A stretch of DNA of 32,000 nucleotides from positions 420,001 to 452,000 of the forward strand of contig NZ_CP019964.1 in assembly GCF_002214165.1 (NCBI RefSeq), in the 5' to 3' direction. Every line of letters begins with the position of its first letter. Position 1 is the stretch's first letter. This DNA comes from Candidatus Saccharimonadota bacterium (lineage in GTDB: Archaea > Micrarchaeota > Micrarchaeia > Micrarchaeales > Micrarchaeaceae). The notes under the pieces were generated by a model, which had not been told where the DNA came from, did not search any database, and was given only the letters and a program-made list of their open reading frames with translations. Below are positions 25,747-32,000 of this stretch, in pieces. A program made the translations under genes and the position numbers.

Positions 25747-26463
25747 CTACAGATGTTTTTCTTTTTTCTCTTTCCTCAATAAATTTTTTACTCCAAATTT
25801 CTTTTTATCTAATTTCCTGATAACGATTAGTTCTGGAAAGCGCCCCGTCATAAAACCTATCACTTCTTTCCTTAACTCCCCATTTATGGATTTGTAATAA
25901 TCGCTTGGCACAGGGAAACTTTCAATTTCTATAGTCAACTTGTTAGGGCTTATTCCATTATAGCTTAAATATTTGTTTACATCCTTGATTGTTTTCCGGA
26001 AAAATTCATAAGCAGGCACGTTATTGGGATTGACATTGCCTTTTCTTATAGTTGATGAAAGAAGATGCAATCTGATATGGGTATTTGATGCAAACAGCAA
26101 AGTATCAAATTGCCCATCATTTATAATCTTATCGTCTATCTTTTTTATCTTTACTTTGAATCCTTCGTATTCTGGAAATATGTACCAATATTCGTGCTTT
26201 TTCTTAGCCATGCTATATGGGGATATTACACCGTATTCGGCATTATGCTTATCTTGGAGTTTATATTCGAATCTATCAAATCCCAGCCCGAGATTATGCC
26301 TCAACAGATCAAATTTTTGGTTGTGTTTTGGCTTATAACTCATTTCAAAATTAATTAATTTATTGTTTTCAAAATCCATGGTAAGAATAAAATCCTTATT
26401 ATTTTCTCTTAATTCACTTATCTCTTTTTTGAATTTATCCTTAATAGTTTTGTATTTTTCCAT
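25747..26463 (-). CDS. Hypothetical protein (238 aa), no recognisable motif
   Basis: Long ORF starting 36 nt downstream of the 145-aa ORF on the same strand. Lys-rich N- and C-termini. Confidence 0.6.
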   Translation of the reverse strand: MEKYKTIKDKFKKEISELRENNKDFILTMDFENNKLINFEMSYKPKHNQKFDLLRHNLGLGFDRFEYKLQDKHNAEYGVISPYSMAKKKHEYWYIFPEYEGFKVKIKKIDDKIINDGQFDTLLFASNTHIRLHLLSSTIRKGNVNPNNVPAYEFFRKTIKDVNKYLSYNGISPNKLTIEIESFPVPSDYYKSINGELRKEVIGFMTGRFPELIVIRKLDKKKFGVKNLLRKEKKEKHL

Positions 26464-26499
26464 AAACCTAAACCTTTTCTTATTTTATATTTTCTAGAT

Positions 26500-26937
26500 T
26501 TAATTCTTTTTTTCATTTCCGGGGTAAATAAGCCAAGAGCTCTTGTCCATCTCAAAATATACCGCTTTCTCTGATAAGTACTTCCCTATATCGGCAATAA
26601 AAGATTCCAGCTTTTTGATCTTCTCGTTATCTTTTACCGCAACTGTGTACTTTATGTGGTTTGTATGGTCGACGCTCTTGCCATCCATCCAGTAACCCAA
26701 TATGAATCCTTTTTCTGCGGTATACCCTCCGAATTCTTTAAGAAGAAACATGTCTAATTTGTCTTCCACCACTCTGTCCTTGTCCGTCTCAATCTTGATT
26801 GATGGAAGATAGAATACTATGGGCTTTCCCAGGTATGTTTTTTGATAATTATTTTCGCTTATATATTTCCGGTCCTCTGTGTTGGCTCTGATTATCTTTG
26901 CTATTTCGGCATTTTTATTTTTGCTCTTTACTGTCAT
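26500..26937 (-). CDS. Hypothetical protein (145 aa), small alpha/beta-looking
   Basis: ATG start with a TATA-like tttttatatttt ~35 nt upstream. Contains FGGYTAEKGFILGYW. No family recognised. Confidence 0.6.
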   Translation of the reverse strand: MTVKSKNKNAEIAKIIRANTEDRKYISENNYQKTYLGKPIVFYLPSIKIETDKDRVVEDKLDMFLLKEFGGYTAEKGFILGYWMDGKSVDHTNHIKYTVAVKDNEKIKKLESFIADIGKYLSEKAVYFEMDKSSWLIYPGNEKKN

Positions 26938-27188
26938 TTTATTACCTTAGTCTCTATTTATTTACCAAAATATAAAAATGTAATTTTATTGCGGGTTTTT
27001 AAGGTTTTATAATTTTGGCAAATAGGACACAATGGCATTATATTTATCTGCAAATGTACAAATTTTTAGCTTATTTTGCGAAATACCTCTGGATTGATAT
27101 GCTCTGGATATAGGCAATGCACCAGCCAACAACAAGTGCCAAGAAGAACTATCGATAGTAAATAGAAAAAGATTAAGTTATCGGTTAA

Positions 27189-30100
27189 TCAGGGTGCTAC
27201 GAAATACTGCTCTTTCCTTAGTAAGCTTGTTTCTATATGCTCTGCAAACACATCATTTCCAAGCTTCTTGATGGAGATTGTTTTTTTGTTGAACCCCGCA
27301 TTGCCAATCACATCATTTACCCACTCCCTGTTTGATACACGCCCCGTATTGATTACCACAGGGACATTGAAGTGCTTTGCAAGATCCTTAATCATTTCTG
27401 GAAGTGCCTTTTGTACTTCTATCCCTGGATAGAATGAAGAGAGGAACTCAAGCGAATCTATGAAAAGCATGGGCTTTCCGTCAACCTCCGCCGCAAAGCA
27501 GTATGTCCTTCCTATTGGCTGAGGTACATCCTCAAGCTTCTCCTTCCAGTAGAAGTTCAGTATCAATGTCGCAGGATCCTTTACCCATCTAAAGTTTGCA
27601 TCGAAGTGGATTCCCGAATAATCACTTTCGTTCGGTGGGGCTGTGCAGTCTCCGCTGTACCTGCCCCCGAATATATCATCCAGTGACCTTTTCCAGCTCT
27701 TTATGGTGAGTACTCCTGCAGTTGGCAGGGATTTGTCAAGCTTTTCCGAATCCTCGGATATTGTATTGAGGTATAAACCGAACAGCATCCTTCTTCCAGG
27801 CGAGTCCACGATGAACATGTCAGGATCAGTCATGTATTGGTATATATTGCTCAGCGCCTCGTCCGCCTTCTTTATATATAATTCCATTTCCTCTTTTGGC
27901 ATCTCCGCCCCTTCCATTAACGACCTCCTCGCTTCCTCCAATGCATTTTCCTGATCGCCTATCTTCTCCCTGTAATATTTGGATGCCATTACACCTTCAA
28001 CGGCATTTAGGATCCTCCCGTATGAGTATAGGGCATCGCCTTTGTTCTCATCCGCAATGTTGTTAATGTCTTTTTCAATTTTTTTCAGGCCTTTTGCAAG
28101 GAATATTGCCTTTTGGAAATTGACACTTTCGGGGTTGTCATCAATATCAGATTTTCCGACAATATAGTCGATCCTGCTGCGTAGGCCTCTTCCAACGCTA
28201 TTTCTGAGGGACGCAAGTTCGGTTTGGATTTGCCCCAGTGCCTGTGGTACGTCAACCGCATTTTCAGGAAAAACCCCTTTTATGATGCTTATAGAATCGG
28301 AGATTATTTTACTGGTCTCTTCTCTTGTGAGCTCTTCAGTTTTCTTTTCCTGATGAAGATCATATGTCTTAATATACTGTTTGTTGAATTCTGGCAATAA
28401 GCTATCTATATGTTTGAATTCATCGATGTGCAGTTCACTCGGGTTGCTTCTTCTTTTCAATGACTCGACCAAAAATTCAGGGGTGAACATATTCTTGTTT
28501 TCCCAAACAAGTCTCAGAATCTTTATCCCTCCCCACCCTTCAACAGATTTTGGCAAACCCTTGAGGTTATTGAAATAGGAATTTGCCCCATTTACTATTA
28601 TATTGTCTATTTTCCCTTTTTCTCCTGAGAACAAGGTTTCAAAATCCTCTTTTGTTTTGATGAAATTGGATGCAATAGATAGGTACTCTACGGACCCTCC
28701 CGTCCTGCTGTAAAGTTTCACTATCCTGTCAAATTTTGCTTCGTCAATGCTGCCTAGATTACCATTTTCTATAGTTTCGAGGTTTTTTATTAGATTTGAC
28801 CATCCTAGCACTTCAGCTTTAAACCTATTGGGGTCTTTAGATGCGTTCTCAAATTTGATAAGCCTAATAATTGGATCTTCCAAGAAAGTAAGGCCTTTGT
28901 TAAGATTATGGTTATCCGAATAATATAGTATATTAGCTATTCCCGTTAAGATATCCATAAAATCGTTCATGGTATATGAATCCTTTAGCCATGAAAGAAA
29001 TACTTCATCAGTTAGCTCTTTGGCAGCCTTTGTCTTTCTTATCGCACGGAAGTATTCGAAGGAAGCATTATAGCCAACATACCTTGCAAAGTCCCTTACC
29101 CGTTCACTGGTGAGCTCCGCGACTGCCTTTGTCATACCTATCGCATAGAAGTATTGATAGGAAGAGTCTCCACCAATCGAATCTACAAAATTTGTTATTG
29201 TCTCGTTGATGACTTCACCGCTTGTGAGCTCAGCGACTGCCTTTGAGTCGGCCATTGCACGGAAGTAGCCATATACATTATTGTTGCCTAATGAAATTGC
29301 AAAGTCCCTTACTCTTTTGCTGGTGAGTTCCTTTACGGCTCTAGTCATGCCGATCGCATAGAAGTATCTATTTGAACCATAACTGCCTATGGATTTTATA
29401 AAATTTACCGTTCCTTCATTTACGACTTCACCGCTTGTGAGCTCCGCGACTGCCTCTGTGTACCCTATCGCATTGAAATATTCCGAAGCGGAAGTTCTTC
29501 CTATCAGATTGATGAAATCTGCTATCCTTTTGCCGATAACCTCTTTGCTGGTGAGCTCCTTGACGGCTTTGGTGCTTTCTATTGCACTGAAATATTTATC
29601 GATATTGCTTCCGAGAGACTTTGCAAAGTCTATTACTTCACCGCTTGTGAGCTCCTTGACGGCTTTCGTCTTTCCTACTGCTCCAAAATATTCATATCCA
29701 AAACTGTTATTGGACAGATTTATGAAATCTGCTATTCTCCTATTGGCAATTTCCTCACTGGTGAGCTCCGCGACTGCCTTGGTGCTGCCCACTGCATAGA
29801 AATATTTATCGACGTTTATGCCGATTAATTTTGCAAAATCAAAAACTCTTTTGCTAGTGAGCTCCTTTACGGCCTTGGTGGTCCCAACCGCATTGAAGTA
29901 TTCAAAATTGGAATAATTACCTATTAGATTTATGAAATCTGCAGTTTTCTTATTGGTGAACTCCTCGCTTGTGAGCTCCTTGACTGCCTTTGTATTTTCG
30001 ATTGCATAGAAGTATCCGTAGGAATTATTTACACCGATTGAATTTGCAAACTTCATTGTCCTTTCGCTGGTGAGCTCCTTGACGGCCTTGGTGCTCCATA

Positions 30101-30344
30101 TTGCATGGAAGTATCTATATCTAGTGTCTCTTTGGTCTAAAGACTCGACAAAGTCTAGAATCTCGGATAACCTCTTATCCGCTTCACTTGGATCAAAATT
30201 TTCCTTAAGGTAATCCGTAATCAGTTTAGCGGTATCGTTATCACTTAATCTGGATAAGCCGGCAATTTTTGCATTGGTATCATCTAATAATTGCCTTTCG
30301 GTAAAGCCATCATTTATTTTGGTTTTATTCTTGGGCATTTTCAT
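27189..30344 (-). CDS. Large (1051 aa) cytoplasmic tandem-repeat protein: 11 helical repeats + ~350-aa helical middle + ~250-aa C-terminal alpha/beta domain of unknown function
   Basis: No signal peptide or TM helix and no P-loop. Repeats have the core YFxAIxxTKAVKELTS. The C-terminal region contains FGGRYSGDCTAPPNESDYSGIHFDANFRW and GKPMLFIDSLEF. Confidence 0.8.
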   Translation of the reverse strand: MKMPKNKTKINDGFTERQLLDDTNAKIAGLSRLSDNDTAKLITDYLKENFDPSEADKRLSEILDFVESLDQRDTRYRYFHAIWSTKAVKELTSERTMKFANSIGVNNSYGYFYAIENTKAVKELTSEEFTNKKTADFINLIGNYSNFEYFNAVGTTKAVKELTSKRVFDFAKLIGINVDKYFYAVGSTKAVAELTSEEIANRRIADFINLSNNSFGYEYFGAVGKTKAVKELTSGEVIDFAKSLGSNIDKYFSAIESTKAVKELTSKEVIGKRIADFINLIGRTSASEYFNAIGYTEAVAELTSGEVVNEGTVNFIKSIGSYGSNRYFYAIGMTRAVKELTSKRVRDFAISLGNNNVYGYFRAMADSKAVAELTSGEVINETITNFVDSIGGDSSYQYFYAIGMTKAVAELTSERVRDFARYVGYNASFEYFRAIRKTKAAKELTDEVFLSWLKDSYTMNDFMDILTGIANILYYSDNHNLNKGLTFLEDPIIRLIKFENASKDPNRFKAEVLGWSNLIKNLETIENGNLGSIDEAKFDRIVKLYSRTGGSVEYLSIASNFIKTKEDFETLFSGEKGKIDNIIVNGANSYFNNLKGLPKSVEGWGGIKILRLVWENKNMFTPEFLVESLKRRSNPSELHIDEFKHIDSLLPEFNKQYIKTYDLHQEKKTEELTREETSKIISDSISIIKGVFPENAVDVPQALGQIQTELASLRNSVGRGLRSRIDYIVGKSDIDDNPESVNFQKAIFLAKGLKKIEKDINNIADENKGDALYSYGRILNAVEGVMASKYYREKIGDQENALEEARRSLMEGAEMPKEEMELYIKKADEALSNIYQYMTDPDMFIVDSPGRRMLFGLYLNTISEDSEKLDKSLPTAGVLTIKSWKRSLDDIFGGRYSGDCTAPPNESDYSGIHFDANFRWVKDPATLILNFYWKEKLEDVPQPIGRTYCFAAEVDGKPMLFIDSLEFLSSFYPGIEVQKALPEMIKDLAKHFNVPVVINTGRVSNREWVNDVIGNAGFNKKTISIKKLGNDVFAEHIETSLLRKEQYFVAP
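29004..30113 (-). repeat. In-frame tandem coding repeats (11 units of 32-33 or 38 aa)
   Basis: Repeat starts (YF) fall at residues 78, 111, 149, 181, 219, 251, 289, 327, 360, 398 and 431. At DNA level there are recurring gtgagctcc(t/g)(t/c)gac(g/t)gc blocks. Confidence 0.85.
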
Positions 30345-30494
30345 GCTTATAGCCTCTTTGCACCTTATCTTTTACCTCCAGCATTTGCCTGATGTTTCTG
30401 ATTGCCAATCATTATTTTAAGGGCCCTTGCAATGTTTATTATATAAACCGCTTTTAATATTTAAGACTTGCCACTATTTCCTCTGAAGTCGTTT

Positions 30495-31007
30495 TTAGCT
30501 CTCGCGAAAGCTTTCATTCCAATAAAATTCCAATAGCATCATCTTTTTGAACGCTCTCATCCCGTATCCGTACTTCTTTATTGCATCTTTTGTTGCGTCC
30601 TCGGATAGCTTTTCCATAATCCCTTTGTCTTTTTGGAGCATCTCGCTTATCTCGTTGTCTGAAAGCCTGTAATTCGACTTTATCCTCCTGACTCCGTTGT
30701 AGATGTTGTAGCCATCCCACGGGCTTTTAAAATCAATTCCCATGGCAAACCTCAAGTCCGTGTATCCTCCAAAGCCTCCTGATGCCAATCCCTTTTTTCT
30801 CATACCTAAGCTTATTCCCCCTTCCCAAAAGAAATCGACTTCCAGAAAGTAAGTTTTTATCTCTTCGGGATCCCTGTCCTTGAATACCTCTTTGTTTATT
30901 TCATCCAGCTTGCCACTTGCCAGATTGTCAAGCCATAATTTTATTTTTTTCTTTCTTATGGTATTTTTCCTTTTTTCCGCAGGTGTAAGCTTTGCCATAT
31001 GGATCAT
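30495..31007 (-). CDS. Hypothetical protein (170 aa)
   Basis: ORF co-oriented with and 150 nt upstream of the repeat-protein gene. Basic N-terminus, GGFGGYTDLRFAMGIDF segment. The start may be Met4 (30998). Confidence 0.55.
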   Translation of the reverse strand: MIHMAKLTPAEKRKNTIRKKKIKLWLDNLASGKLDEINKEVFKDRDPEEIKTYFLEVDFFWEGGISLGMRKKGLASGGFGGYTDLRFAMGIDFKSPWDGYNIYNGVRRIKSNYRLSDNEISEMLQKDKGIMEKLSEDATKDAIKKYGYGMRAFKKMMLLEFYWNESFRES

Positions 31008-31147
31008 CTTTGCCTTTGCATCTGGACACTGTCACCGTTCAAATTAATAAAGCTTGTGGCAAGAGGCGGGCTCGTGGATTCCCAATTAATTAGTGAATAT
31101 TCAGATAGAATAAATAATTGATTATTCATAGTATTAGTAGTGGTAAA

Positions 31148-31495
31148 ATGGATGCAAATGAAAAGTTGAAGGAGGTCAACAGGGTAGTCAAGGAATTGGG
31201 CGCGGACCAGCCAAATGTGCAGGCAGGATTTATGAAGCTTTTAACTTCTTCGGAATCGGATGGGAAGCTCCCCACTAAGGTAAAGGAACTGATAAGCTTG
31301 GCTCTGGCTATCAATGTCAAATGCGAATGGTGCATAGCGTACCATATGAACAACTACCTTAAGGCAGGTGCAACAAAGGATGAGATAATGGAAACTGCGA
31401 GCGTTGCAATACTTATGGGAGGTGCGCCATCACTGATGTACTTGAACCCTGTGCTTGACGCTTTTGAACAGCTGGGAGGGGATCAACAGCAGTAA
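31148..31495 (+). CDS. Carboxymuconolactone decarboxylase (AhpD-like) family protein
   Basis: KELISLALAINVKCEWCIAYH carries the CxxC..H motif of the CMD/AhpD fold. I chose ATG 31148 over the tracked TTG 31118. Confidence 0.82.
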   Translation: MDANEKLKEVNRVVKELGADQPNVQAGFMKLLTSSESDGKLPTKVKELISLALAINVKCEWCIAYHMNNYLKAGATKDEIMETASVAILMGGAPSLMYLNPVLDAFEQLGGDQQQ

Positions 31496-31526
31496 TCGTT
31501 GTGCAAATAGATAAAAAGAAGCACGG

Positions 31527-31553
31527 AGCGGCAGTTCCCGCTTTATTTTTTTT
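31527..31553 (+). terminator. Hairpin (agcgg-cagttc-ccgct) followed by a T8 run between convergent genes
   Basis: Read directly from the sequence. It lies 32 nt after the CMD stop. Oligo-T is the usual archaeal termination signal. Confidence 0.4.
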
Positions 31554-31568
31554 CTTTGTTCCTGTTTT

Positions 31569-31973
31569 TCAAAGATCCTTTGTATTTTCATCCGGCTCCT
31601 TATGCTCGTACAAGAATATTGCTTCCTTGAGAGCTTTCAATGATATCGTGGCGCAATGTAGCCTCGCAGGGCCTGGTTCTATTCCAAGCAGGTCAATCAT
31701 GTCCTTTACCCCCATCCCGCTCAGCTCCTCTATGCTCTTACCCTTTACGTAATCCGTGAGCATGCTTGCCCCTGCTGTGCTTATCGAGCATCCCTCACCA
31801 TCGAACTTTGCATCGTCGACCTTGGCCTCCGAAATCTTCAAGTATACTTTGATGTCGTCTCCGCATACCGGATTGTGCTCTTCAAAGCTCGCATCCGCAT
31901 CTTCCATTTTGCCCTTGTTGTGGGGGTGTTCATAATTCGATATTATTTCCTCTGCATAAAGATTTGTAGACAT
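31569..31973 (-). CDS. sufU: SufU/IscU-type Fe-S cluster assembly scaffold
   Basis: NPVCGDDIKVYL, FDGEGCSISTAGASM and ARLHCATISLKAL give three conserved Cys in SufU-like contexts. Start chosen at ATG 31971-31973 (MSTNLYAEE...). Confidence 0.85.
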   Translation of the reverse strand: MSTNLYAEEIISNYEHPHNKGKMEDADASFEEHNPVCGDDIKVYLKISEAKVDDAKFDGEGCSISTAGASMLTDYVKGKSIEELSGMGVKDMIDLLGIEPGPARLHCATISLKALKEAIFLYEHKEPDENTKDL

Positions 31974-32000
31974 TGTAACACCTTTTGAATACGCTTGCAC

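Noticed and set aside
27643-29799. Plus-strand ORFs 27643..27954, 27979..28167, 28381..28578 and 29389..29799
   Set aside because: They lie antisense within the 1051-aa gene. The 29389..29799 ORF merely mirrors the tandem repeats (SPLVSS... periodicity).
29004-30113. Regularly spaced DNA repeats that could be mistaken for a CRISPR array
   Set aside because: The repeats are in-frame coding units (96-114 nt) of one long ORF. The segments between the cores are related to each other rather than unique spacers, and no cas genes or leader are present.
31501-31752. Plus-strand ORF 31501..31752
   Set aside because: It begins in the convergent terminator region and runs antisense through the SufU-like gene. 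It has no motifs.

Overview
AT-rich, gene-dense prokaryotic window. It looks archaeal: TATA-like boxes lie about 20-30 nt before starts, Shine-Dalgarno signals are weak, surface proteins are N-terminally anchored and rich in N-x-S/T sequons, and a TnpB-only IS is present. A Thermoplasmatales-like acidophile is my guess only. By eye the window is a compositional mosaic. (1) 0-3 kb: sequon-rich surface-protein genes. (2) 3-12.5 kb: a toxin-antitoxin/defence graveyard. It holds a RelE-like pair, an intact PEP-utilising (PpsA-like) enzyme flanked by two truncated paralogue remnants, a class II Fic protein, VapBC, AbiEi/AbiEii, a QNG1/DUF2419 homologue and decayed DUF4143-ATPase remnants. (3) 12.5-16.2 kb: S41 peptidase, anchored glycoprotein and a processive-type GT2. 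(4) 16.3-23.2 kb: a metal/thiol block (DUF302, ArsR-type regulator, merA, a CCxP membrane protein, a membrane-anchored WCxxC thioredoxin-fold protein, GNAT, an Lpd-like flavoprotein). A TnpB-only IS200/IS605 element sits exactly on the arsR/merA junction. (5) prs with an in-frame TAG and a multiply disrupted AAA/DUF4143 ATPase. (6) 25.7-31 kb: four co-oriented genes with no family I can recognise, including a 1051-aa protein with 11 tandem helical repeats. This is my best candidate for an undescribed system. (7) AhpD/CMD-like and SufU-like genes at the right edge. No rRNA, tRNA or CRISPR array was seen. All family calls rest on motifs read by eye; no searches were run.
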